A stretch of DNA of 64,000 bases, taken from assembly GCA_041662725.1 (NCBI GenBank), contig JBAZRX010000001.1, positions 85-64,084 of the forward strand, in the 5' to 3' direction. This stretch comes from Minisyncoccota bacterium (GTDB taxonomy: Bacteria > Patescibacteriota > Minisyncoccia > Phycocordibacterales > PALSA-1337). The notes under the pieces were generated by a model that saw only the letters and a program-made list of their open reading frames with translations, was not told the origin of the DNA and ran no database searches. This document shows positions 8,868 to 18,556 of this stretch, piece after piece (position 1 is the stretch's first letter; each line of letters begins with the position of its first letter). The position numbers and the translations under genes are program-made.

Positions 8868-11051
8868 ATGACCATTTCTATTACCTCCCCGATCAGCGAA
8901 CGTTTCCGTATTACACCAATACAAAAAATTGCTTTGAAGCGTTTAGGGATAGAAACTATTGAAGATCTTCTCTACCACTTCCCTGTACGTTATGGCGATA
9001 CTGCTGAAGCTAAAAATATTGATTCTCTGCAAGCTGGAGATACTGCTGTAATCTTCGGTAAAATTACAGGTCTTAAAACTAGCAAGGGTTGGAAATCAAA
9101 AGTTCCTATGGCCGATGGTTATGTTGAAGATGAGACTGGTCGTATTCATTGTGTTTGGTTCAATCAACCTTATGTTGCGAAAATGTTTACAGATAACATG
9201 TTAGTAAGAATTGAAGGAAAAATTTCACAAAAAAGAATTTCTAAAGATCTGACTTCCACACCACAAACAGAGATCAAAAGAGAAATTCTATATTTCTCTA
9301 ATCCCAAGATAGAAGTAGTCAATTCACTACCTACAGGAGTTGGCGATTCCCTTTTCGGTAACGGTAATGAAGCTCATACTTTATACCCAATCTACCCAGA
9401 ATCACGCGGTATTTCTTCTACTTGGATATATCATGCTCTGCAAAAAATATTTAGAAGCGGAGTATTGGAAACATTAGAAGATCCTATCCCTGAAGATATT
9501 CTAGAAAAATACCATTTACCAGGAATAAAAACTGCTTTTATTTGGATTCACGCACCAATAAATCGTGATCATGCTCTTTCGGCACGTAAGAGATTTTCAT
9601 TTGAAGAAGTATTCGTTATTCAACTTGGTAAAAAAAGAGCTAGAAAAGAATATGAGACTTATCCTTCATTTCTCGTAGAAACAAGCAAGAAAAATGTTCA
9701 GGAATTCGTTAAACGCTTTCCATTTCAAGCTACTAACGCACAAAACCGTGCTATTGAGAATATTATTTCTGATATGAAGCGTGAATACGCCATGTCACGA
9801 TTACTTGAAGGAGATGTTGGCTCCGGTAAAACCGCCGTAGCCGCCGCTAGTGCATATGCAGTAATAGTCTCTAAATTACAAACTGCTTATATGTGCCCTA
9901 CGGAAATATTAGCTACTCAACACTTTGAATCTTTCATTAAATACTTTTCTTTTATGCCAATACAAATCGGTCTTATCACCGGTTCTGGTTGTCGTAAGTT
10001 TCCTTCTAAAGTAAATCCAAAAGGCTGGACAGATATTTCACGTGCACAATTATTGAAATGGGTCGCTAATGGAGAAATTGCTGTTCTCATCGGTACCCAC
10101 GCACTAATTCAAAAGTCTGTTGAATTCAAAAACCTTGCTTATGTAATTATTGATGAACAACATCGATTCGGCACAGCCCAAAGAGCAAAACTGGTAAAAA
10201 AGAATAATATCGCTCCTCACTTACTTTCCATGACAGCCACACCAATCCCTCGAACACTAGCTCTCACTATGTATGGAGACCTTGATCTTACTTTACTTGA
10301 TGAATCCCCGGCTGGAAGAAAACCTATTATCACAGAATTAGTTTTACCAGGTAAACGTGAAGAAGTGTACGAAAAAATTCGTAAAGAATTACAAACTGGT
10401 CGACAAATGTATGTAATCTGCCCACGCATTAATGAACCTGATCCGGAAAAAGAAGCCGCCATTATTGCCAAATCAGTCAAAGAAGAAGCTAAACGTCTGA
10501 AAAAAGAAATTTTTCCTGAATACGAAATCGGTATTCTCCACGGCAAAATGAGACCGAGTGAGAAAAATTCTGTAATGCGACAATTTAACAATGGAACAAT
10601 CAAAATACTATGCGCGACTTCAGTGGTAGAAGTAGGTGTAAATGTACCAAATGCTACTGTAATAATTATTGAGGGTGCAGAGAGATTCGGTTTAGCACAA
10701 CTTCATCAACTTCGTGGTCGTGTCATGAGAAGTACTGATCAAGCGTATTGCTATGCTTTTACAGAAACTAATTCTGCAAAATCTATAGATCGTCTTAAAG
10801 CTTTGCAGACAGCCAAGAACGGATTTGAATTAGCGGAACTTGATCTTGCTCAGCGTGGAGCAGGTCAACTGTCTGGAAATCAACAATGGGGTGTTTCTGA
10901 TATTGCTATGGAAGCCTTACAAAATTTGAAAATGGTAGAAGCGGCAAGAACAGAGGCAGTGAGACTTATCAATGAGGATCCTGCTCTTACAAAATATCCT
11001 ATATTGAATAAAAAAATTACTCTACATTCGAAAGATGCTCACTTTGAATAA
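8868..11051 (+). CDS. recG: ATP-dependent DNA helicase RecG
   Basis: LEGDVGSGKT, DEQHRFG, MTATPIPRTL, GLAQLHQLRGRV. Confidence 0.97.
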   Translation: MTISITSPISERFRITPIQKIALKRLGIETIEDLLYHFPVRYGDTAEAKNIDSLQAGDTAVIFGKITGLKTSKGWKSKVPMADGYVEDETGRIHCVWFNQPYVAKMFTDNMLVRIEGKISQKRISKDLTSTPQTEIKREILYFSNPKIEVVNSLPTGVGDSLFGNGNEAHTLYPIYPESRGISSTWIYHALQKIFRSGVLETLEDPIPEDILEKYHLPGIKTAFIWIHAPINRDHALSARKRFSFEEVFVIQLGKKRARKEYETYPSFLVETSKKNVQEFVKRFPFQATNAQNRAIENIISDMKREYAMSRLLEGDVGSGKTAVAAASAYAVIVSKLQTAYMCPTEILATQHFESFIKYFSFMPIQIGLITGSGCRKFPSKVNPKGWTDISRAQLLKWVANGEIAVLIGTHALIQKSVEFKNLAYVIIDEQHRFGTAQRAKLVKKNNIAPHLLSMTATPIPRTLALTMYGDLDLTLLDESPAGRKPIITELVLPGKREEVYEKIRKELQTGRQMYVICPRINEPDPEKEAAIIAKSVKEEAKRLKKEIFPEYEIGILHGKMRPSEKNSVMRQFNNGTIKILCATSVVEVGVNVPNATVIIIEGAERFGLAQLHQLRGRVMRSTDQAYCYAFTETNSAKSIDRLKALQTAKNGFELAELDLAQRGAGQLSGNQQWGVSDIAMEALQNLKMVEAARTEAVRLINEDPALTKYPILNKKITLHSKDAHFE

Positions 11052-11120
11052 TGCAAATAAAGAGATCTGGTTATATAATTAAAACAGCAGTTCTATAGCT
11101 TATAAACTAAATTAAAAGCT

Positions 11121-11198
11121 ATGACTATACTATTAGTCGTAATTATTTTTGTAGTAGGTTACGTAGCCGGTTTCGTTAGCGCTATAAGATTATTCTAA
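11121..11198 (+). CDS. Putative 25-aa single-TM small protein (MTILLVVIIFVVGYVAGFVSAIRLF)
   Basis: Intergenic ATG..TAA ORF, wholly hydrophobic with a GxxxG motif; TATAAT upstream. Confidence 0.35.
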   Translation: MTILLVVIIFVVGYVAGFVSAIRLF

Positions 11199-11221
11199 TG
11201 CTAAGTCTCTGCAAATGTATG

Positions 11222-11295
11222 TCCGCCCCCTAGGATTCGAACCTAGGACCCTCGAGGTATAAGCTCGATGCTCTAACCAACTGAGCTAGGGGCGG
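11222..11295 (-). tRNA. tRNA-Ile with UAU anticodon (no encoded CCA)
   Basis: CCGCCCC/GGGGCGG acceptor stem, A discriminator, D-arm GCTC..GAGC, anticodon arm TCGAG-CTTATAC-CTCGA, T-arm CTAGG-TTCGAAT-CCTAG. Confidence 0.9.
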
Positions 11296-11307
11296 ATAAA
11301 CCCTATA

Positions 11308-13245
11308 TTAGAGCATAACTCCCTTTTGATCAATTAGATCATCTTTCTTTTTCATTACAATCCCCTGCGCAATTAATATTGCTTCATATTCTTCACGTTC
11401 TATAGTTTCCTTTTCAATAAGACGATGAGCAATAGCATCAAAAGCTTTTTTATTAGCTGAGATAGTTTTCTTAGCAAGTTCACGACCATCAGTCATAATA
11501 CGAGAAACTTCAGAATCAACTTCTGCGGCAACTTTCTCAGAATATTCACGGTCTGATACACCCATACCAAACAGAACCTTTCCTTGTGGACTCTCTAATG
11601 CGATAGGACCAATTTTATCTGACATCCCATAGAGCGTAACCATATCTCTAGCCAAAGCTGTAGCTACTTGAAGATCATTAGAAGCACCAGTTGTAAGATC
11701 TCCAAAGACCATCATTTCAGCAACATAACCTCCTAATGAAACTGCAATATCATCAAGAAACTCTTTTCGAGATTGAAGTCTGCGTTCTTCGAAAGGTAAT
11801 TTCAAAGTGTAACCAGCGGCACGACCGCGAGAAATAATAGAAATTTTATGAACAGGGTCAGCATGAGGTAAGATTGAAGAAATTAAAGCATGGCCAGATT
11901 CATGATATGCCGTAATTTCTTTTTCTTTAATTGAAAGAATATGACTCCTACGCTCTGGACCAAGCATAACTTTTTCTATAGAACGAATAAGATCAAACTG
12001 CCCTATCTTGGTACGGTCTTCGCGAGCCGCAAGAATAGCCGCTTCATTCATCAGCGATGCTAGATCTGCTCCAGAAAAACCAGGCGTACGCTCAGCAACA
12101 ACTTGCATGTTTACATCTTCAGCTAACTGCTTCTTTGCAGAATGTATAGCAAGAATAGCCTCACGATCACTACGATCTGGAACATCAATAACCACACGAC
12201 GATCAAATCTTCCTGGTCGCAAAAGTGCTGGATCTAGAACATCAGGACGATTCGTTGCCGCCATGACAATAACTTTTTCATTAGGCTCAAATCCGTCCAT
12301 CTCTACAAGAATCTGATTCAAAGTTTGCTCACGTTCATCGTTACCACCACCCATACCAGAACCACGAGCACGTCCAACAGCATCTATCTCATCAACGAAA
12401 ACAATAGCTGGAGCTACATCCTTAGCCATCTTGAAAAGATCACGAACACGTGACGCTCCTACTCCGACGAACATTTCTACGAATTCGGAACCAGAAATAG
12501 AAAAGAAAGCTACTCCAGCCTCACCAGCAACAGCACGGGCAAGCAAAGTTTTACCTGTTCCAGGAGCACCCATGAGAATAACTCCCTTAGGAATTTCTGC
12601 ACCAATTTCAATAAATTTCTTAGGATTTTTTAGAAAATCAACAATCTCCATTAATTCCTGTTTAGCTTCTTTAGCCCCCGCAACATCTTTGAAAGTGACC
12701 TTCTGTTTTATATCTGAAGGTAATGTTATACGAGCTTTTGATTGACCGAAAGCCATAGCCTGCATTCCTGCCCCGCGCATTTGTCTTGAAATAAGCCAAA
12801 CAAAAAATATCAAGAATATAATCGGAGCTAAAAATGGTGCAAGTTCACCAACCCAATACCAAAAACCACTTGGCTGTCCAACTGTGATAGTGGTGGAAGC
12901 TAATTTTGATGACATTACCCCCAGACGAGTTAGCGATTCTGTTAAAGAAGAATCGTATTCTTTTTGTGCTATTTTTTTAGTTTTATCGGCATAAGTAGCT
13001 ACAACATTATTTCCAGAAAGATTCAACGACATGATTCCGCCATTTTGAATATCAAAAGCAATTTTTGAAAGAGGTACTGGAGTAGCTAAATCAGTTTTTA
13101 TGGAATATTGAGAGTAAATAGCAGAGATAATCAAGAACACCAAGATAATCGTGGATATTATGTTCAAAAAGCTCATGCGTGGTTGGAACATACCTTTAGG
13201 AGCTTTATTGCCGTTATTCTGGTTATTTATACCGCTATTTGCCAT
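11308..13245 (-). CDS. ftsH: ATP-dependent zinc metalloprotease FtsH
   Basis: Two TM segments, [18 protein letters not shown] ([20 protein letters not shown]), HESGH. Confidence 0.97.
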   Translation of the reverse strand: MANSGINNQNNGNKAPKGMFQPRMSFLNIISTIILVFLIISAIYSQYSIKTDLATPVPLSKIAFDIQNGGIMSLNLSGNNVVATYADKTKKIAQKEYDSSLTESLTRLGVMSSKLASTTITVGQPSGFWYWVGELAPFLAPIIFLIFFVWLISRQMRGAGMQAMAFGQSKARITLPSDIKQKVTFKDVAGAKEAKQELMEIVDFLKNPKKFIEIGAEIPKGVILMGAPGTGKTLLARAVAGEAGVAFFSISGSEFVEMFVGVGASRVRDLFKMAKDVAPAIVFVDEIDAVGRARGSGMGGGNDEREQTLNQILVEMDGFEPNEKVIVMAATNRPDVLDPALLRPGRFDRRVVIDVPDRSDREAILAIHSAKKQLAEDVNMQVVAERTPGFSGADLASLMNEAAILAAREDRTKIGQFDLIRSIEKVMLGPERRSHILSIKEKEITAYHESGHALISSILPHADPVHKISIISRGRAAGYTLKLPFEERRLQSRKEFLDDIAVSLGGYVAEMMVFGDLTTGASNDLQVATALARDMVTLYGMSDKIGPIALESPQGKVLFGMGVSDREYSEKVAAEVDSEVSRIMTDGRELAKKTISANKKAFDAIAHRLIEKETIEREEYEAILIAQGIVMKKKDDLIDQKGVML

Positions 13246-13331
13246 ATTTAGTTGATTATACAGAAAAACGCTGTAAATGAAAGAAAAAAGACGCCGAAGC
13301 GTCTGTGTCCTAATCTGAAAAAATTATCTCC

Positions 13332-13745
13332 TTAATGGAGAACAATATTTTTATGTTTAGTAAAATTTGTAATAGGATGACTGTAACCCGTGAGACCAGC
13401 TTCTCTGGACAAGTCATCCTTGCGTTCAAAATCACCCTTTCGAAACGTACGTTTCATCCAAAGAGCCGCTCTCGATATAAAACGTGTAGTACCCCTAAAA
13501 CCAAGTGATCCACAATTTTTACAACGAGAATATTTGTAAGTATCATAGAACATACCAGTTCTTGATACATGAGAAACATTCGGACTCGGATTCATGTAGA
13601 AGTAATGTTTCATGAACACGCAACCGCATATCTTGCACCTTTCTTGAATCATTCTCTTCACACGATGTGCTACAAACCAAAAAATGGTAACGACAATCGC
13701 AGTGATAACGATAATCGATACGATCGATGTTGTCGTCAATGTCAT
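13332..13745 (-). CDS. Hypothetical membrane-anchored protein with two CxxC motifs
   Basis: N-terminal TM, CKIC and CKNC; GGAGG SD and TTGTCA-17-TAATTT promoter upstream. Confidence 0.6.
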   Translation of the reverse strand: MTLTTTSIVSIIVITAIVVTIFWFVAHRVKRMIQERCKICGCVFMKHYFYMNPSPNVSHVSRTGMFYDTYKYSRCKNCGSLGFRGTTRFISRAALWMKRTFRKGDFERKDDLSREAGLTGYSHPITNFTKHKNIVLH

Positions 13746-13823
13746 AAAACCTCCATTAATCTAATTATTTATTTCTTATCAATTCCTTATACAAATTACC
13801 ACGTATTGATGTCTTTGACAAAT

Positions 13824-14420
13824 TTATGGAATTGGTTGTCCTTCTGATTGCCAAACCTTAACTGACTCTATTGGATGAAATAACATTATTACATTTAAAG
13901 TTAAATTATCTCTAACCCAAAAGAGACAACCGAGTTCAAGAATAATTATCAATAATATTGCAAACCATATTTTTGATATCTTGGCGATAAGAAAACCTAA
14001 CGACATCATAAGAATATCAGAAAGTGAATTTAAGACACTATCACCAAAATACCCTAGTGCAATAGTTGCTTCTCTATAACGATTAATAATAAAGGAAGAA
14101 TTTTCAAAAAGTTCCCATGCGCCTTCTAAAATAAGTGCGATTAAAAAACGATATTTTATTGGCAATCTCTTAGCTACAAGTGACAAAAATGCAAAAAATA
14201 AAATCCCATGAATAATATGAGAGAAAGAATAAATATCTGCAACACGTTGAGAAGTCTCATTACCCCAAATATTATTATCCCAAAATGCAAACTTCCCATC
14301 AGGGCCTAATACGGAACGACCAAAATATAATTCAATAACCGCAACTGCGCTAAGTACAATAATTGTACTAAGTATAATAAAACGGTGCTCCTTTAAAAAA
14401 GAAATTATTTTTTGAAACAT
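13824..14420 (-). CDS. DUF2585 (UPF0314)-like membrane protein
   Basis: SQRVADIYSFSHIIHG, WELFENS..IINRYRE.TIALGYFGDSVLNS, RDNLTLNV. Confidence 0.8.
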   Translation of the reverse strand: MFQKIISFLKEHRFIILSTIIVLSAVAVIELYFGRSVLGPDGKFAFWDNNIWGNETSQRVADIYSFSHIIHGILFFAFLSLVAKRLPIKYRFLIALILEGAWELFENSSFIINRYREATIALGYFGDSVLNSLSDILMMSLGFLIAKISKIWFAILLIIILELGCLFWVRDNLTLNVIMLFHPIESVKVWQSEGQPIP

Positions 14421-14524
14421 TTTAGAAGTTTATATGTGATCCTGTATAGTTTACTATAAACAAAACTTATCTGCATATTAATCAACTTTTTTAGACAGAA
14501 ACACCTTAAGATATTTCTACCATC

Positions 14525-15292
14525 TCACATTATTTCTAAAAAAAGCGGTAAATGATCGGAGACTTCGTGATTTAATACTTTAAAATCAACTTCTTTTAAA
14601 TTCTTTGATAAAAATATGTAATCAGCAAACTTATCTTTTTTATTATAAAACGAGCTTCTAGTAGATTGAATATCATATTTTTTAACCAAATTTAACATTC
14701 CAGTTGATTCCAAGATTTTTACACTTTCAGTATCTGGCAGAAGATTAAAATCCCCACAGAGAACGTACTCCCCTTTAAGAGAATTCGTAAACTTAACAAT
14801 ATTCTTTGATTGATTTATTCTGTCATCACAATCAGTCTTCCCTTTTCCATTCCATAATCCATGAAAATTTATAATAGTTAGTGGTTCTTGATCTATCATA
14901 ACCGTAACATACTGAATATTTCTAGCGTGATTCCCAATATCTCCATTTGGAATATGTCCTTTCTCTAGATAAACAAATAATTCTCCCTCAGCTATTACAT
15001 TTAATTTCTTACTTACCATCATTAATAATCCATAATTGTTCAAAAAATGAGGACGAAAATATGCTGTATGTTCAGAGAGCGTATTTGATATATCCTGCAT
15101 ACCACTAGTCATGATCCTACTTTGATCAATTGCTAAGCCACCTGCACTATGACCATTATAATCGTCATATGGCGCTGACCATATTTCCTGAAGACAAAAT
15201 ATATCTACACTATCTTTGTGCTCATTAAAAAAATTAATTAGGCTATCTTTTCCAGCCCTACCACCCCATGTGTTTAGAGTAATTATTTTCAT
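14525..15292 (-). CDS. Endonuclease/exonuclease/phosphatase family protein
   Basis: TLNTWG, CLQEI, CGDFN, DYIF, SDHLPL. Confidence 0.9.
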   Translation of the reverse strand: MKIITLNTWGGRAGKDSLINFFNEHKDSVDIFCLQEIWSAPYDDYNGHSAGGLAIDQSRIMTSGMQDISNTLSEHTAYFRPHFLNNYGLLMMVSKKLNVIAEGELFVYLEKGHIPNGDIGNHARNIQYVTVMIDQEPLTIINFHGLWNGKGKTDCDDRINQSKNIVKFTNSLKGEYVLCGDFNLLPDTESVKILESTGMLNLVKKYDIQSTRSSFYNKKDKFADYIFLSKNLKEVDFKVLNHEVSDHLPLFLEIM

Positions 15293-15463
15293 GTCAAAAT
15301 CATAACTCTAAATTCACAAATCGACTAGACCGATCTGGGAATATTAATAATAATTTCTTTTGGCTTTATAACAGTGCAATTATATGTGCTTGCACTGCGC
15401 AGCTCCGATAGAAGCGAATGCGTGTGCTTGCACTGCGTAGCTCGCGATTAGCGAGCGAAGCAG

Positions 15464-15826
15464 TGGAGATGGGCGGAATCGAACCGCCGTGCAACTGATA
15501 TGATTCGAACGATTCTACGGTGGTAGAAAACTTTATATTTAATGCTCTTACTGAAAAGGTTTTCAAAACATAAGAGCACGATCTCTAGATTTCGGTAAAT
15601 AAGGTGAGAAGTCCTATTTACCTACATTCAAGTTATAACACTCGGTCCTCGAGTTAGAATCCCCCGAGGCGAGCGCGCCCTTTAAACAAAGGCGAATGCA
15701 AAGTCCTTTTGTCCGAAATACGGAGAAACGGTTGTTTTAGCATTTAGAATTTCCATCAGATTTACGAGTTAATGGTGCTCGCACCGCACGAACGAACATG
15801 ATCGATTGTCTATGCCGATCATCCCC
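15464..15826 (-). ncRNA. ssrA: tmRNA
   Basis: 5' GGGGATG pairs with 3' CATCTCC-A (G3-U pair), T-arm GGCGG-TTCGATT-CCGCC, internal tag ORF 15741-15682, directly downstream of smpB. Confidence 0.93.
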
Positions 15827-15949
15827 TCATTTTTGGTATTGCAAAAATGAGATCGGAAGATTTTTCATGGCGAAGCCGTGAAAAATTTCCGATCAAACTT
15901 CGATTTTAATACATCAAAATCGAAGTCAAATCTTTACAATTACACTTTT

Positions 15950-16402
15950 TCAACGATCTCTAAACTCCCTTCTTATCACCCTATCTGTCTCGCGTTTTTT
16001 CGTAGTTTCGCGTTTGTCGTATTTTTTCTTTCCTCTCACAACCGCTACAGATACTTTGATAAGCTTGGTCTTATTATATATTGAAATAGGCACGATTGTC
16101 AATCCTTTACCCTTACCAGCCTCAATATCTGCTAACTTTGCAATTTCTTTTTTATTTAAAAGAAGTCGACGGTTCCTACGTGGTTCATAACCAGAGGGTG
16201 TATTATTTTCTTGATACGGCGGTATAAATACATTCATGGCATAAGCTTCCCCGCCACGAATTATCACATATGAGCCATCCAATGAACCCTGCCCTTTCTT
16301 TAATGATTTAACTTCAAAACCGAGCAATTCAATACCTGCCTCAAATTTCTCTAATATTTCATAATCAAAATGGGCTTTTTTATAATCTACCAATGTAGTC
16401 AT
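15950..16402 (-). CDS. smpB: SsrA-binding protein SmpB
   Basis: KKAHFDYEILEKFEAGIELLGFEVKSL, RRLLLNKKEI, RGKKKYDKRE; start taken at MTTLVDY. Confidence 0.96.
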   Translation of the reverse strand: MTTLVDYKKAHFDYEILEKFEAGIELLGFEVKSLKKGQGSLDGSYVIIRGGEAYAMNVFIPPYQENNTPSGYEPRRNRRLLLNKKEIAKLADIEAGKGKGLTIVPISIYNKTKLIKVSVAVVRGKKKYDKRETTKKRETDRVIRREFRDR

Positions 16403-16466
16403 AGTGATAATATCGTAACATAAAAAAAGGCCAAGCACTGCACTTAGCCGTTTTACGTGATTCATT

Positions 16467-16943
16467 TTATCTAATAACACAGTGATAACACTGTGAACAT
16501 CTATATATTGAGAATGGATCCTCCAAATGTGAAAAATTCATTTTGCTCCAACATTTTGAACATATCTGCCAATACTCGCCATCTGGTCGCCGCTCGATAT
16601 ATCTGCATTTCCAGCATATCTTGGCAACCAGAGTTTCGACAGTGTGTTCACCAGGACCTAATTCATTATCTTGGCCCCAAACTTCTTCCAAAGAATGCTG
16701 GCAATTTCTTTGAATTTGTTCCAACTCCTCATTGAGTTTGTTGAATAAACCAATAGCCTCTCGGATCTTAATCACTATCGTCTCAACTTTCCATTTAACC
16801 TCATCAGGAAGTATTCTAGCATTCGCTAGGCTTAATGCTTTTTGCAAGCATCCCAAATATTCCCGCGGTCGATCCAATTCACAGACTTGAATCGGGTCTT
16901 TATTAATATCTGTACTAATATTTCTAGTGCTTTCTTCTTTCAT
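16467..16943 (-). CDS. Hypothetical protein, coiled coil plus C-terminal multi-CxxC zinc ribbon
   Basis: CQH, CWKC, CSKC, CSQC; GAGAGGTG SD upstream. Confidence 0.55.
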   Translation of the reverse strand: MKEESTRNISTDINKDPIQVCELDRPREYLGCLQKALSLANARILPDEVKWKVETIVIKIREAIGLFNKLNEELEQIQRNCQHSLEEVWGQDNELGPGEHTVETLVAKICWKCRYIERRPDGEYWQICSKCWSKMNFSHLEDPFSIYRCSQCYHCVIR

Positions 16944-17071
16944 TTTTCACCTCTCTAATAGGCATATTACTCACAATTACAATCTCGTCAAACGCTATCT
17001 ATCAAGCTCTCTATCAGCATCTTCACAACCTCAACATTAAGTAGTAATCTTATTCGAGAAAGTGAGGTTCC

Positions 17072-17278
17072 ATGAAAACAAAAACCGAAAGAAACAGATG
17101 TGTTCTGTCTTTTGTTATTGGTCTAGCATTTGCCGCAGTTGGCATATATAGCATCATTACCGACGTGAACAATATTAAGGCCATAAATCACGAGCTCCTA
17201 CATTCAATAGAATTTTTTACTGTTATCGGTCTAGCATTAACAGTTACGTCTCTAGTTGCATATTACGCACCAGATTAA
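17072..17278 (+). CDS. Small 2-TM hypothetical protein
   Basis: Two hydrophobic segments; GAGG SD. Confidence 0.5.
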   Translation: MKTKTERNRCVLSFVIGLAFAAVGIYSIITDVNNIKAINHELLHSIEFFTVIGLALTVTSLVAYYAPD

Positions 17279-17359
17279 ACCAACTTTTATGGAATTATTC
17301 CAAACGCACCAAAGCCTCTGGTGCGTTTTTACTTCTATTGTCGTATAATCACCCTTATC

Positions 17360-18436
17360 ATGCCTTCCCCTACTTCTTGGAAACTCTACAATCAAAATGA
17401 AGAGGCTTGGAATTCAATGCTCAATGATTGTGCTAACGCTAAAGAAAGTATTGTCTTGGAACAATTCATCTTCTTTAATGATGAATTCGGTCAGAAATTG
17501 ATAGATGTATGTGTAGAAAGAGCCGCCGCCGGTGTCAAAGTAAGATTCCTATGGGATGCCGCTGGTAGTTTTACTTTTTGGGGATCAAATGTTGCTAAAG
17601 ATTTGCAGACAAAAGGGATTGAACTTCTTTTTTGGAAAACACTTATCCCTGGTTACTTTAAGATACCGAACATGCGTTCATGGTATCTACGCAATCATAG
17701 ACGTACATTAGTTATAGATGAAAAAATCGGTTACACAGGCAGTATCTGTGTATATGATAGTTTCAAAAATTGGCGTGACACCAATGTACGACTTGAAGGT
17801 CCTGTTGTATCAGAAATGTCTAATGCTTTTGAACGTATGTGGGCTCGTGCTAATTCAATCAAATTACCTAAGAAAAAATCATCTAGTGATAGAGAATTTA
17901 GATACATTACAAACTATCCTGCCCCTGGCCGAAGACATATATATGCGACCATAATAAAAGCTATACGTGGAGCTCGCAAAAATGTCTACATTACTACACC
18001 GTATTTTGTTCCAACACATCGTCTAATCAAGGCTATCAAATCAACCACCAAAAAGGGTGTTGATGTTCGCCTTATTATCCCAGAAAAATCAGACTATTAC
18101 GCTGTTGATCTAGGAGCACGAGCTTTTTTCAAAACACTTTTACAATCAGGTGTACGGATCTTTCTTTATTCTGAAAATATGATACACAGCAAATCTATAG
18201 TAGTTGACGGCACGTGGGCTACGGTTGGTTCTATGAATATGGACAGTGCCAGTATGCTTTATAATTTTGAAGCTAATATAGTAACTACTAATAATGCTTT
18301 TACACAGGAATTAACTAATCATTTTATAAATGATCTTAAAGAAACCAAAGAAGTATCTCTAACTGAATGGCAAAATAGGTTTTTCCTAGAAAAAATACCA
18401 GAAATATTGATAAGATTGGTAAAGAAATTTTTATAA
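17360..18436 (+). CDS. cls: Cardiolipin synthase-like phospholipase D
   Basis: Two HKD-type motifs (NHRRTLVID, HSKSIVVD), WRDT, TPYFVP, GSMNMD..S..YNFE; start at MPSP. Confidence 0.88.
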   Translation: MPSPTSWKLYNQNEEAWNSMLNDCANAKESIVLEQFIFFNDEFGQKLIDVCVERAAAGVKVRFLWDAAGSFTFWGSNVAKDLQTKGIELLFWKTLIPGYFKIPNMRSWYLRNHRRTLVIDEKIGYTGSICVYDSFKNWRDTNVRLEGPVVSEMSNAFERMWARANSIKLPKKKSSSDREFRYITNYPAPGRRHIYATIIKAIRGARKNVYITTPYFVPTHRLIKAIKSTTKKGVDVRLIIPEKSDYYAVDLGARAFFKTLLQSGVRIFLYSENMIHSKSIVVDGTWATVGSMNMDSASMLYNFEANIVTTNNAFTQELTNHFINDLKETKEVSLTEWQNRFFLEKIPEILIRLVKKFL

Positions 18437-18521
18437 TTAGTTTTAAGAAAAAAATTATTCATTAAGCTAGAAAAAGAACGTACACCCCAGCTAAAGCTGG
18501 GGGTTTTCTGGTTAAAAGAAA

Positions 18522-18550
18522 GAGCCTCCGCAAAAAAATTACGGAGGCTC
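18522..18550 (-). terminator. Stem-loop GAGCCTCCGTAA/TTGCGGAGGCTC just after the putative DGR target gene (terminator and/or DGR recognition hairpin)
   Basis: Inverted repeat a few nt after the stop codon, followed by a T-rich tract; second hairpin CCCCAGC/GCTGGGG at about 18485-18502. Confidence 0.65.
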
Positions 18551-18556
18551 AAGTAA

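Noticed and set aside
15366-15566. 66-aa ORF
   Set aside because: Overlaps the tmRNA 3' domain and adjacent repeats; spurious
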